DNA from: Octopus sinensis
Lineage: Eukaryota
Direction of reading: 5' to 3'
Assembly (NCBI RefSeq): GCF_006345805.1
Contig: NC_043006.1
Span: 56,482,001 to 56,546,000 of the forward strand
DNA length: 64,000 nt
Of this stretch, positions 12,170 to 25,239 are shown one piece after another. Every line of letters starts with the position of its first letter. Position 1 is the first letter of the stretch. The notes below the pieces were generated by a model, which saw only the letters and a program-made list of their open reading frames with translations, was not told where the DNA came from and ran no database searches. The translations under genes and the position numbers were made by a program.

Positions 12170-12730
12170 TTATTTCATCTCTCACTTTTCAAAGATACTG
12201 GAGAAAATTATATGTAGAAGAATAAAGCAATATTTGGAATATTATTTTAGGCAGCACTGAAAACAGTTTGCATCCTGGATACAGCTTCAAAAACAAACAT
12301 AATCAAATTATAAAATCTCCGCTATTCATATCAAGGATTAGCTGCACTTAACTTGATTTCTCTAAAGCATTTGATTACCAAAGATTCGTGAGAAACAAAA
12401 TGGAAAATTATTTCTATAACAGAAAGCTTGGGAATTTGTCTTTGATTTCCTAAAAAATCGGATAGTAAATATGTAGTTAATATATATCTTTCACATTTTC
12501 AGACATAGATACCCAGAAGTTATGCAGACTTCACTAATGTGATGTTAGAGATCAAAGCAATACATATGTACTTCAACAAGAGTTAGACACGGTATACAAC
12601 TGAATAAATGAGAATTATGTCATTCAACAAGATTTAACCCATATCCTTCAAATCAGGGAGATGGTCCTCAACGAAACATTCTATTTCCTTCCTTGCACTG
12701 TATTTTATTTTACGTACAGATGACACATCA
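12170..12730 (+). pseudogene. Ancient, highly eroded LINE (CR1/L2-like) RT fragment
   Basis: Scattered motifs in the expected order: SKILEK-like (about 12190), LDFSKAFD (about 12352-12378), PQ..IL.P-like (about 12667), TDDT (about 12716). Confidence 0.45.
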
Positions 12731-15074
12731 TTGATTTCGTCTGTCCTTTTAGATTTGAATAAAGTATATACATTGTAAAACAATAAATATTTAAACCTGT
12801 CTAATTAACTAACACAAAATGATTTCTCGTTCAACACTTGAAATGCCTGAAACTTCATTATCCTCATTAGAAGCATATATGCCCAAACTGAATTTCGTAG
12901 CTTAAAATTAATGAAAATAGAATAGAACCTTTCGGTTATTTAAATTTTTTAGGAATTATCATTCATAGAAATCATTAAAGGAAACCACATATTTATCAAA
13001 CCTGCTGGAGAATATCAAGTGTTAATGATAATTTATCACACGCAAAGCACTATTTTCTTAGACGTCTGCTGCTAAAATATATGACAGATGTCATTCAAAC
13101 TATGGTAACATTTTGTTTGGGGTCAACATTCGATTTAAGTTGAAATTTCATAAACAGGCCTGAAGCTTGTGTTATCTAAAAAAAAGAAGAATACAACACT
13201 GGATATATTGATTCCCTTCATCTTAAGCTTTTAAGTTTTTAGTTAGTGTACATTTACACAAATCAAATTCGATAAATTTCGTTTTGATGTTCTTATATTT
13301 TACATTACTTAAATAAACTATTCAGCCTTTGAGGCGTTAAGTTCTGTCATCAGTTTTCGAGTTATATTTGGCAGAAACAACAAAGCAAAGTATATGTGTG
13401 TGTCAGTGCGTGTATATGAATATATACATTCATGTGTGCGTAAGTGTGTGTGTGTGGGGGGGCGTGTGTGTGTGTGTGTGCATAGTTTATTGACACCGAA
13501 TGGGTATCTTGCAACTGGAATTCTCAACTTTAAATCCACTACGATCTTCGAGTGGCAACTGTTACAGCTCGGTTTGATAGTATACAAGACTCATACACAC
13601 TCGCAATCTCTTAAAAGAAAATTCCCTAACAATATATACTTGATTTAAAAAGACAAATCTAAAGTCTTCAATAAAGTTATTAGTCACAAAAGTTACAATA
13701 AACATGGTACAGCACTAATAATTCTTACTCTTCAAATGAATTAGCTAAAACATGGTTATCTTGCTCTATGCTGGTTATTTACGTTACTTCTGTAAATATC
13801 TAATAGCTTTTGTCTCGTGTAAATTATTACTTAATAAATCAGTAGTAAGTTTTTTTAAGACTCATTAATCGTTTTATAACTTATTTGTTGTTTTGGTCTT
13901 TGTTGTCACTTTTTTTAAGTTATAAGAACCAGAAGAGATCCTTGACATCTTGTCGTTAGCCATGTACTTTAACACAGAACATTGACTGTAAACGTTTCAT
14001 TCGCTTTTTTTTGCCTATAAATACGTTGTAACTCGTTATAATAATAAAGTTGAAATAAAAGAATGGAACAGAAGTTGAATTCAACCAGCTTAAAGGTGTA
14101 ATGCACAAGTCTGTCTCGAGAACGATAGGGTTTTTAACATTTCAGACAGGACCACTCGACTGAGAAAGAATTTTTCTAATGGAACCTAGTAAATAGACTA
14201 AGAAAATCCCTAATTACACAACCTCGAATATAGGGGATTGTGTTTTGTTAAGAACTTAATCAGAAGAGTAATTGCAGTGCCCATCGCACTTGTTTAGTAT
14301 CTCATGTGTGTTGAGAAAAGCCATGGAAACCTGGCTCGAATACTTACAACAAAGCGGAATTTTTCTAAAGGTTCTCAAGGTTCTGGTAGTGTTAAGCCAG
14401 ATCTATTGCATGTGCAAAACCTTTCCCCCAGAAGGCTTCAACGTAGTTTCTATGTACCCCATTTCACTCACAAGTCTTTGATCGGCACTAAGCATTGGGA
14501 GTAAACACTCACCAAAAGGATGCGGTGAGGTGAGATCGAACACTAGACTACTCTGATGTGAAGAGTGAATAAGTCATTGATCGACTCACTCTAGCTAGAC
14601 TGAGGTTCAAAATCAAACTATATCTGACAGAGTGAATAATTTTAACATTACAGTATTTAACTGTTATCTATAAGTATTCGGTTAAATTCCAAGAATTTGA
14701 AACGCCACCGATCACAATTATCTTGCCATTGGTAGTATGCTTACAATAATATGCTACTAGATTTCAAGTGATTAACTATAATAGCCTTATCAGAAAAATA
14801 TAAGACACTTAGCTCCGACATCAACATGTCTATTGAATATGTAGCCTTACTGTACAGATGAAAGTGATAGGTGATACACATATGTGTGTTTCTGTAAAAC
14901 ATACATACCACAAATAAGTGTTTAATATAAATACGGGCCGCTTGCGTGTGTATAGATATAGACTGCCTTGGATAACCAATTCCTGAGTTTTTACACCTAC
15001 GGATTACTGTTACCATTCATCCAGAGTACGCCAGTGTAATCATGATTGGAAATCAAAAAAAATTTGTCCGTGAC

Positions 15075-15299
15075 TCTTCCACTTTTACCTCGTCCTCTTT
15101 CTACCTTTCTTCTTCTACTTCCACTTTCCTCCGTCTTCCTTTCTCTGGATCTTTCCTTTTCCTATGTTTCTGACGAAGAGCTTCACTCGTAACGTAAAAC
15201 CCTCCTTCTACGCTTCCTTCCTGAGCGTCCAATAATACTATATTAGTTCCACGTCCTCGCGTTGTTGTGTTTTCTCTTTGTGTTTTCATGTTTGGATTA

Positions 15300-15305
<6 letters not shown>
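15075..15305 (+). mobile_element. PLE-type pLTR, family B, with degenerate HHR (15164-15200)
   Basis: Homologous to 60605-60785 and 32030-32610. Core CTGACGA at 15170, but GTAAC in place of GAAAC. Confidence 0.8.
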
Positions 15306-15339
<34 letters not shown>

Positions 15340-15352
15340 AAATTTTTATAAG

Positions 15353-15648
15353 TATAAACATAATTATAATTAGGGTTTAGGAAAAAATTGCTTCACCACA
15401 TACCGAAATATAGAAATAGCAGTGAAATACTATTCTGCTACCATATCTCCCAGACAGCAACAATCCTAACTCACACAGGCAAAAAGAAAGCCAGATGGAT
15501 TCGTTATTTTTTTCTTTTTGCCTGTGTGAGTTGGGAGTTGCTATCTGGGAGATATCTTATGGTAGTAGAATAGTATATAAATGCTATTTCTAACTTTCGG
15601 TATGTGGTAAAACAATTTTGCTAAACTCTAATTATAATTAAGTTTATA
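15353..15648. mobile_element. Palindromic MITE (arms about 15353-15489 / 15511-15648)
   Basis: AATTATAATTAGGGTTTAG...CACATACCGAA...CACACAGGCAAAAAGAAA mirrored on the right; about 20-bp spacer. Confidence 0.85.
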
Positions 15649-15763
15649 ATTATAAAATTTTTGTATAAGTTTACCGATAATGGTTCTTTTAACATACCGA
15701 AGAACTTGGTAAGATTATTAATTATGAATTGATTAATTAATTTTACCCTTTATTAGAATTGAT

Positions 15764-15807
<44 letters not shown>

Positions 15808-15823
15808 TGTGTGTGGGTGTGTA

Positions 15824-16540
15824 TACGTGGTCTGATCGATGAGTATCCAGACTGTTGCCATAATAACGAAGCTAAAGCATTCAGAGTGAAGCTGCTTGGC
15901 AGAGATTGGGCAGAGAATCTGCATCAAATTTTGCCAAAAGCTTGGCGATACCTGCTGAGAGTTTTCAAAAAATTTTCACCGCTCTCAGTGCAATCCAGGA
16001 GATCTTGTGCAACTGAAACCCGGGTGTCTTTTGGGTCAGCTGAAAGCATTTTTGGCTCTAACTTGCTAGACACGCATATCTTCAGTGACAATGGACTGAA
16101 CTGAACCATAACTAACCTCCACTCCTCTCATAACTCATGGATGGTGATTCGACGATTTCCCCTCACAGCTGCACGCACATCTGTGATGTTTTTCTCAGTT
16201 CTGCTGGTTGCGGGTCTCCCACAACGTTTGTCAATATTGACATTTTTGGCCATCTTGGAAACGTCTAAACCACTCGTACACTTGTGTGAGGCTCATACAC
16301 TCCTCTTCATACACTTCTGCAGGTATCAACTTCTTCTGTCATGGTCAATGCGACGATCACATGCTACACACCTTCCTTCCAAGGATTGCTCTAAACAACA
16401 GAAGTGGGCTAGAACATTAAAACTTAGTGCGCATGCACAGCTGATTTCAAGGTCTATCTGTGCCAGGTGACTTCACTCTCTGTACTTTAGCTTCGTTACT
16501 ATAGCAACAGTCCGGTCACTTATTAATTAGACCTCAAATA
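15824..16540 (-). mobile_element. Internally deleted mariner element
   Basis: Long TIRs (GACTGTTGCCATAATAACGAAGCTAAAG / CTTTAGCTTCGTTACTATAGCAACAGTC). Minus-strand peptide KRCGRPATSRTEKNITDVRAAVRGNRRITIHEL...PKMLSADPKDTRVSVAQDLL (mariner N-terminus); no catalytic domain. Confidence 0.88.
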
Positions 16541-16946
16541 TATGTATGCGTATGTATGTGCATATGTGTGTTCGTAAGGTGTGTTTGTAACTTTAAAGTA
16601 AATTGAACATTAATAAAACATTTACTGATAGCGAAACGGCGAAGAGACTGCAAGACCCAATATTAAAATTGGAGTTCAACTGGAGAAAAAGCCGTCAAGT
16701 TAAAACTTTGTCATACACGAAACGAACAATATTATAAATGAATATCTATCTATGTATATATTTACATGGGGTTGGCTCATCACTTTTCTATGTGTATATT
16801 TAAATAGTGTTAGCTCATAGCTTTACACTCCTTTGTTTGTACTTACAAATTGGCTCTTCAAATCGGAGATTAAACTATTATTATACATACACACTCACAC
16901 ATATATATGCATATATATATATGTGTGTGTGTGTGTCTGTGTGTGT

Positions 16947-17251
16947 GTCTCAGTGGTTAGAGCGTCGAGCTTACGATCGTGAGGTGGTGAGTTGTTGTGT
17001 TCTTGAGTAAGACACTTTATTTCACGTTGCTCCAGTTCACTCAGCTATAGAAATGAGTTGCGATGTCACGGGTGCCAAGCTGTATCAGCCCCTTTGCCTT
17101 TCCTTTGGATAACACTGGTGACATAGAAAGGAGAGGCCGGTATGCATGAGCGACTACTGGTCTTCCATAAACAACCTTGCCTGGACTTGTGCTTGGGAGG
17201 CTAACGTTCTAGGTGCAATCCTTATGGTCAGTCATGACCGAATAGGGTCTC
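16947..17251 (+). mobile_element. tRNA-derived SINE, family S3
   Basis: CAGTGGTTAGAGCG head, CORE-like TTGTGTTCTTGAGTAAGACACTT; homologous to 20664-21005. Confidence 0.85.
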
Positions 17252-17253
17252 AG

Positions 17254-17289
<36 letters not shown>

Positions 17290-17290
<1 letters not shown>

Positions 17291-17700
17291 GGTTTCCATC
17301 CACATATTTCCCGTGTTCAATCTGACTTCGTGGCATCTTGGACTAGTATCTTCTACTACGTCTACTATAGCCATTGAGCGGACCAAAGCCTTTTCAGTGG
17401 AATTGGTAGATGGAAACGTCGTGCGTGTGGGTGTGTATGTATGTATATATATAATATATATATATATATAAAGACACACACACATATACGCATACATACA
17501 TGAATACAAACATACAGACATACACGCACATATATGTGTGTGTGTGTTTTTGCGTCTGTCCCCATCAATGGTTGTAACAGGGCAGTTTGCAGGCGTAGAC
17601 AAAGATAATAAAGTACCGGGGTTGATTCATTCTACTAGCAATTGTTGAATGAGTGCCCCAGCGTAGCCGCGCTCTAATGACTAGTATCATTAAAAGATTA
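17290..17700 (+). mobile_element. Diverged S1-like SINE with internal microsatellite
   Basis: GACCAAAGCCTT..GTGGAATTGGTAGATGGAAAC 5' half; GGGGTTGATT..TGCCCCAGC tail. Confidence 0.6.
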
Positions 17701-17730
17701 AAGGTTAAAAATTAAAAGATTAACGATTAA

Positions 17731-17782
<52 letters not shown>

Positions 17783-17799
17783 TATATTATATATATATA

Positions 17800-17956
17800 T
17801 AGGCACAGGAGTGGTTATGTGGTAAGAAGCTTGCTTCCCAACCACATGGTTCCAGGACAGCCCCACTGTGTGGCATCTTGAGCAAGTATCTTCTACTATA
17901 GCCTCGGGCCGACCTTGTGAGTGGATTTGATTGACGGAAACTAAATGAAGCCTGTC

Positions 17957-17991
<35 letters not shown>

Positions 17992-18278
17992 AATGAATAT
18001 GGTACTTAAGTTAGATGCACCAGAATTTTGTATGGTGTTATCCATATAAATCCATGGGGTGATTATAATCAAAATATTTTATTTTATATATATATGTGTA
18101 TTTGTGTGTCTGTGTTTGTCACCCCGCTATCGCTTGACAACCGATGTTACTGTGTTTACGTCTCCGTAACATAGCGGTTCGGCAAAAGAAAACCGATAAA
18201 ATAAGTACTAGGCTTACAAAGAATAAGTCCCGGCATGGCCACAGTCAAATAACTGAAACAAGTGAAAGAATAAAAGAA
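17800..18278 (+). mobile_element. SINE S1 with about 100 bp of foreign sequence in its internal microsatellite
   Basis: 5' half 17800-17960, unrelated 17990-18085, 3' half 18095-18278. Confidence 0.85.
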
Positions 18279-18699
18279 TGTGTGTGTGTGTGTGTGTTTA
18301 GATAGATGGATTTGTTTGTGAGGCTCTGTGTATGTTCTCGTACTTTGTTGGTGTGAGAAGATATAAAGCTAATCTTCAAGGTATTACTGAAGAAGATTTC
18401 TATTGTCGGGGAAAATCTATTCATTCAAGCCGTATCGATCACCAGATAAGGGAAGAATGTTCAAGAGTTGACAATTCAATGAAGTTAACGATGAGAAGTT
18501 GACCGCTTATGTGGATGTAAGTTAGATGTAAAGACAATGTCTTATATGTGCAATGTATACATTTATACGTATATGTCTATATGTGTGATTGTGTGGAGTG
18601 TGTCTGTGCATAAATGTATATTGCAAAGGGAGTGAAAGAGACAGAAACAGGCAGGGAGTGGGAGAGAGGGAGTGTATATAAAAGAGAGACAAGGACCAA

Positions 18700-18906
18700 A
18701 GAAATCGTTGTTTTGACAGATAGACGTCAATGGTATGGCCCGGCTATGATTGTGTGGATGTGTGTGTGTGATAGTGTGTGTGAGTGTGTGTGTGTGTGTG
18801 TGTGTGTATGCTTGAACCTACAAACATATATCTAATCTACATAAACATACATAAGTATATGTATGTGTGCGTATATATATATATATGTGTGTGTGTGTAT
18901 GCATAC

Positions 18907-18945
<39 letters not shown>

Positions 18946-19280
18946 CCTCTGTGTGTGTCTACATGTGCATGCGCATAGGGACGTAGATGCAAATATACGT
19001 ATTTTATTCCGTTTGTATATACGTATATATATATATGTGTGTGTGTGTGTGTATGTATATGCATATATATGTATGTGTATATGCAAATACACATATACAT
19101 ATATACAGAGATATATATATATATAGACACACACACATGCAAATAAGCACATACACATATATATGCGTGTGTATATATATATAAATGTATGCGTGTGTGC
19201 GTGTGTATGATTGTGTACACGCTACATATTTGTGTGTTTATACATTTGTATATGTATCATGCTGTGTAAACTTATATACG
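18700..19280. repeat. Degenerate TG/TA/CA low-complexity tract
   Basis: Directly visible. Confidence 0.9.
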
Positions 19281-19687
19281 ATTTGCATATATGTATACGA
19301 AGGTGCCTAACAATGATTTTGATTACATTCGACAGGATATTAGTGGCGCGACAGATTTACTATAGCGATATATTCCCTTCGATCTAAGTCTGGCATTATT
19401 TTCGCTTGTCTTAGAAACTACTGCTACTACAACGAAGTCGCACCGCCCACGCTTGTGTTGTTGCATTCACGTACATATTTCAGTACGCATGTATGTTTGT
19501 CTCGATGTGTACATGTGTGTGTCTTTACGAGTGTTTTGTGAGTTTGTGTGTGTCCGTATGGTTTGTGCACATGAGATGGTTTGTTAATAATACTCATGTA
19601 TAATCATATATCCATATTCATGAGGCCATTTTTAAGAATAGAAAAACTCGCAGACACCTACCTATACCACATACTGAATGACTTTTG

Positions 19688-20015
<328 letters not shown>

Positions 20016-20060
20016 TTTATTAAAAGCAGCAGAAATATAACAAAAGAAATTTCTTTGTTA

Positions 20061-20112
20061 ACAAAACTGTCCGACGAACGGGTACGTGAAACTCTGAGTA
20101 TCAGCTTTTGTT
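20061..20112 (+). ncRNA. Type I HHR-like motif with U4C core, within a PLE-type LTR fragment (about 20015-20215)
   Basis: ACAAAACTGT-CCGACGA-ACG GGTA CGT-GAAA-CT CTG AG-TA-TCAGCTTTTGT; helices II and III pair, helix I has two lesions. Confidence 0.6.
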
Positions 20113-20229
20113 ACATTTCAGCTGTTTTTAAAAAAAGTATATTACTCTACCTCTGGTATTTGAGTACTCTTTTTTTCCACCTTGTTTCACATTTATGTGC
20201 TTACTCCGGTATGTATATATATATATATA

Positions 20230-20290
20230 AATGAGCGGTTACTGAAAAGTTCCTACCCCAAAGCCAGGAACTTTTCAGCACCATCTCGTA
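20230..20290. mobile_element. About 60-bp mariner mini-MITE (little more than two TIRs)
   Basis: TACTGAAAAGTTCCT (20240-20254) / AGGAACTTTTCAGCA (20266-20280), 14/15 complementary, TA-flanked. Confidence 0.8.
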
Positions 20291-20329
20291 TGTATACATT
20301 CATGCAAACGCGTTTTCTTTTGGTTTTTT

Positions 20330-20585
20330 TCTTTCACTTGTTTCAGTCATTTTACTGCGGCCATGCAGGAGCACCGCCTTAAAAGGTTTTTTAGTGAAGG
20401 AAATTGACTCCAGGATTTATTCTTTGTAACACTTGCACTTAATCTAACGGACATTTTGCCGAACTGCTAAGTTACGAGAACGTAAAGACTCCAACATCGG
20501 TTGTCAAGCGATGGTGGAGGGACAAACACATACACAAAGACACACACATAAATCCATACACAGACTCACACACACATATATAAAT

Positions 20586-20663
<78 letters not shown>

Positions 20664-21007
20664 GGTGAATGCTCAATGGTTAGAGAGTTGAGCTTACGAT
20701 CGTGAGGTTGTGACTTCTATTCCCGGACCGGGCTGCGTGTTATGTTCTTAAGCAAGACACTTTATTTCACGTTGCTCTAGTTCACTCAGCTGTAGAATTG
20801 AGTTATGACGTCACTGGTGCCAAGCTGTATTAGCCTTTGCCTTTCTCTTGGATAACATTGGCGGCGTAGGGGAGGGAGGCTGGTACGCATGGGCGACTGC
20901 AGATCTTCCATAATAACAACCCTAGGGCGTGCGTTCGCCGGCGAGGCGACTTTCCGCTTGGACTTGTACCCCGGAGGGGAACCTCTTAGGTGTAGCCATG
21001 GTCATCC

Positions 21008-21038
<31 letters not shown>

Positions 21039-21310
21039 CCTGCTCGCTTAGCCAGCGGGGAGGCGTCATTCGAAGGCTAAAACAATGCGAGCGCATTGTG
21101 ACCAGCGATGTGTAACAACATCTGATGGTCTGGTCGGTCACGTGGTCACGTGTTATATATATATGCGACGAGCTTCTTTCAGTTCCCGCCTACTAAACAC
21201 ATCTGCAAGGCTTTGGTCGGCCCGGGGCTGTAGTAGAAAACACTTGCCCAAGGTGCCATGCAGTGGGACTGAACCCAGAAGCATGTGGTTGGGAAGAAAG
21301 CTTCCTACCA
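20330..21310 (-). mobile_element. SINE S1 split by nested insertions in its internal microsatellite
   Basis: 3' half 20330-20570, 5' half 21165-21310. Between them lie (GATA)n, an S3 SINE and another repeat (21036-21150). Confidence 0.8.
20664..21005 (+). mobile_element. SINE family S3 nested in S1
   Basis: Homologous to 16947-17251 (GAGCTTACGATCGTGAGG, GTGCCAAGCTGTAT). Confidence 0.85.
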
Positions 21311-21319
21311 TACATCCAC

Positions 21320-21525
21320 TGATTCAGTCATTAGACGGCGGCCATGCTAGGGTACCACTTTGAAAGGCTTTAAGCGAAGAAAATCGACCCCAGTACTTAT
21401 TTTTCTCAAGCCTGGTACTAATCTATTGGTAGCTATTGCCGAACCGCTAAGTTATGGGAATTTAAACAAACGAGCACCGCTTGTCAAGCAGGTGGAAAAA
21501 TAATCATATTCCCCTACAAACACAC

Positions 21526-21602
<77 letters not shown>

Positions 21603-21750
21603 ATATAACGGAGTTCTTTAAGTTTCTGTCATAAATCTTTGCTTGGCCCTGTGGTGCAGTAGAGGACACTTGCTAAAGGTATCCCGTAGTGGGACTAAAG
21701 CCAGAACCATGCGATTGGGAAACAATCTTCTTATCATACAGCTACACTTA
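21320..21750 (-). mobile_element. Diverged SINE S1
   Basis: 3' half 21320-21520, TA tract, 5' half 21608-21750. Confidence 0.7.
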
Positions 21751-21764
21751 TGTATATAGTTCCT

Positions 21765-21985
21765 AGGGCGGCAAGCTGCCAGAATCGTTAGTACGCCGGG
21801 CGAAATGCTTAGCGGTATCTCATCTGTCTTTACGTTGTGAGTTCAAATTCCGACGAAGTCGACTTTGCCTTTCATCCTTTCAGGGTCGATAAATTAAGTG
21901 CCAGTTACGCACTGGGGTCGATGTAATCGAATTAATCCGTTTGTCTGTCCTTGTTTGTCCCCTCCGTGTTTAGCACATTGTGGGC
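21765..21985 (+). mobile_element. SINE family S4
   Basis: GGCGGCAAGCTGCCAGAATCGTTAG...GAGTTCAAATTCC (B-box-like)...GGGTCGAT twice; many homologs in the window. Confidence 0.85.
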
Positions 21986-21992
21986 AATAAAG

Positions 21993-22050
<58 letters not shown>

Positions 22051-22075
22051 GCGCGCGCGCGCATGTGTATTTACA

Positions 22076-22340
22076 AGGAGCACTCCGTCGGTTACGACGA
22101 CGAGGGTCCCTGCTGATACGATCAACGGAACAGCTAGCTTGCTCGTGAAATTAACGTGCAAGTGGCTGAGCACTCCACAGGCATGTGTACCCTTAACGTA
22201 ATTCTCAGGGAGATTCAATGTGACACAGAGTGTGACAAGGCTGGCCCTTTGAAATACAGGTACTATTCATGTTTGCCATCTGAGTGGACTGGAGCAAGGT
22301 GAGATAAAATGTCATGCTCTGGGACACAACACGTCGCTGG
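22076..22340 (-). mobile_element. SINE S2 with head replaced by a pLTR (second copy 23328-23592)
   Basis: Homology to S2 stops at GACACAACACGTCGCTGGGA, where the family A pLTR begins. Confidence 0.85.
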
Positions 22341-22530
22341 GACTCTAGCCACTACACAGTCTTTATTTTCATTCCTTGTTTCTTTCTGTGTTCCTTTCTG
22401 TGGAAGAGCGTTGGCTCGAAACGTTAAGACTTTTTCACTTCCCGAGCGTTATACTAATACATCTGTTTGTTGTCTACACCATCTGCCTTCGTATTTTGTT
22501 TTGGTTTTTTTTTGTGAATTCTTCCCCTAC
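22340..22530 (+). mobile_element. Solo Penelope pLTR family A with HHR-like motif (22393-22430); second copy 23592-23785 (motif 23645-23682)
   Basis: CTGTGGA-A-GAGC GTTG GCTC-GAAAC-GTT; homologous to 60400-60600. Confidence 0.8.
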
Positions 22531-22545
22531 ATATATATATATGTG

Positions 22546-22611
<66 letters not shown>

Positions 22612-22875
22612 CTTCTTTGTGCAAGGCAAAAGACCAGCATTTTTTTAGGGGCCAGACCTCTCTCGAGGTTTGACCAAAGTCTATTTCTTCCAGAAAGAGA
22701 GAAAAACAAACAGCAATGAGGGAAAAAGAGAATCTACCTCAGTACAAGATTTATTTTATTTATCTATCCCGAAAGGACTAACGCAAATGTTGACTCCAGC
22801 ACGATTCGAACTCTGAACGCAGAAGTGTGGAATAATTATCACAATACAATTTATTCAATTTATTAACCGCCTATA

Positions 22876-23248
22876 TACATATAAAAAGTCTTCGGTCACT
22901 TTAAACAACTATACATTTCTACTAATTGCCAACTTATAAGTGGATGTTTCGCATTGCATATTTTACAGATGAAACATTGGCCCTGTTGGAGTCATTTCCA
23001 TGCCTAATCATTATATTTTGTGGTAGGAGTTCTGAATGAGACGGGAGGATGCGAGACGACCACCAAAAATGGCCTTGCAAAAGTCATCGGCCACGTCAAA
23101 TAAACCAATCAAGATACAGTGCCTTCAGGCAGAAAAATTATCTACAATGAAATTTTTTACATAACGTTCATATCAAGAAGTTACTGTAGCAATTAGTAGA
23201 AACTTTTAATAGTTTAAAAGAGGTCGAAAACTTTTGCACGGTACTGTA
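22876..23248. mobile_element. Tc1-type non-autonomous element (second copy about 24133-24506)
   Basis: TIR TACAGTACCGTGCAAAAGTTTTCGACC (right, minus strand) versus degenerate left TACATATAAAAAGTCTTCGGTC; internal RPPK remnant of the Tc1 GRPxK motif. Confidence 0.65.
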
Positions 23249-23790
23249 TGTGTGTGGGGGTGGTTGTGTGTGTGTGTGTGGTGTGTGTGTGTGTGTGTTT
23301 GCGCGCGCGCGCGCATGTGTATTTACAAGGAGCACTCCGTCGGTTACGACGACGAGGGTCCCTGCTGATACGATCAACGGAACAGCTAGCTTGCTCGTGA
23401 AATTAACGTGCAAGTGGCTGAGCACTCCACAGGCATGTGTACCCTTAACGTAATTCTCAGGGAGATTCAATGTGACACAGAGTGTGACAAGGCTGGCCCT
23501 TTGAAATACAGGTACTATTCATGTTTGCCATCTGAGTGGACTGGAGCAAGGTGAGATAAAATGTCATGCTCTGGGACACAACACGTCGCTGGGACTCTAG
23601 CCACTACACAGTCTTTATTTTCATTCCTTGTTTCTTTCTGTGTTCCTTTCTGTGGAAGAGCGTTGGCTCGAAACGTTAAAGACTTTTTCACTTCCCGAGC
23701 GTTATACTAATACATCTGTTTGTTGTCTACACCATCTGCCTTCGTATTTTGTTTTGGTTTTTTTTTGTGAATTCTTCCCCTACATATATA

Positions 23791-23867
<77 letters not shown>

Positions 23868-24522
23868 CTTCTTTGTGCAAGGCAAAAGACCAGCATTTTT
23901 TTAGGGGCCAGACCTCTCTCGAGGTTTGACCAAAGTCTATTTCTTCCAGAAAGAGAGAAAAACAAACAGCAATGAGGGAAAAAGAGAATCTACCTCAGTA
24001 CAAGATTTATTTTATTTATCTATCCCGAAAGGACTAACGCAAATGTTGACTCCAGCACGATTCGAACTCTGAACGCAGAAGTGTGGAATAATTATCACAA
24101 TACAATTTATTCAATTTATTAACCGCCTATATAACATATAAAAAGTCTTCGGTCACTTTAAACAACTATACATTTCTACTAATTGCCAACTTATAAGTGG
24201 ATGTTTCGCATTGCATTATTTTACAGATGAAACATTGGCCCTGTTGGAGTCATTTCCATGCCTAATCATTATATTTTGTGGTAGGAGTTCTGAATGAGAC
24301 GGGAGGATGCGAGACGACCACCAAAAATGGCCTTGCAAAAGTCATCGGCCACGTCAAATAAACCAATCAAGATACAGTGCCTTCAGGCAGAAAAATTATC
24401 TACAATGAAATTTTTTACATAACGTTCATATCAAGAAGTTACTGTAGCAATTAGTAGAAACTTTTAATAGTTTAAAAGAGGTCGAAAACTTTTGCACGGT
24501 ACTGTATGTGTGTGGGGGTGGT

Positions 24523-24553
<31 letters not shown>

Positions 24554-25239
24554 GTGTTACAGTTTATGTATGTGTCTGTTTATATGTGTTTGTGTATGCA
24601 TATACATACATATATACATGCATAAATACTGACACGCACTCGCACACTCATACATATCAACTTGTGTATGTGCATTTTTGTGGGTGTTTGTATATACTAA
24701 CACAAAAGTTTATCTCTTAAACGTAGTCGTTAATCTTCATAATCATCTTAGCAAAGTAACAACTAATCACTGCTTAAGTATTACCGATGTTATAATTGGA
24801 CGTAAAATCTACTACTAAATACATTATGAGACAGTTTATATGCCCATGTGCCGCCAGTACAAAATATATTATGAATATAATGACATCTCATAAATGCAGT
24901 GTTTCCGAAGAATATATTATTTCTCTTTTTCATTGTGAATCATTTGATATCATTCATTAACCTGGCTTTCTACTGTGATTTGAAAAACGGCATGATGCTC
25001 GGAATCTAGTTCTTCCCACTAGAGGAAACGCGAAAATTTCGCCTTGGAAAGAACCCTATACGAGATCACTGACAGAACTGCTTTTTTCTTAATCTTGCTA
25101 CTTTGTTATATTTAAGCAGGAGAGTACTGATGACTGAATCAATTTAGGACAAGATAATAAGGTGGACGGGCTGGGATTAGTATCCTAGAATACTTAATGT
25201 CTGGGAACAAAAGACCTGCAAAATCTCCCAGTGTAAATA

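Larger units (their letters stand above)
22006..24540. repeat. Near-identical tandem duplication, unit about 1.25 kb (SINE S2 fragment + pLTR A + Tc1-type MITE)
   Basis: GCATGTGTATTTACAAGG at 22061 and 23313; CTTTTGCACGG at 23231 and 24489. Differences seen are 1-nt indels and tract lengths; junctions lie in TG tracts. Confidence 0.95.

Noticed and set aside
18329-18520. 56-codon ORF and a GTAAGT donor at about 18516
   Set aside because: The ORF stops before the donor and stops occur close upstream in all three donor phases; no homology recognised.
22968-23040. Acceptor TTTTACAG| with a short open frame
   Set aside because: Lies inside a Tc1-type non-autonomous element.
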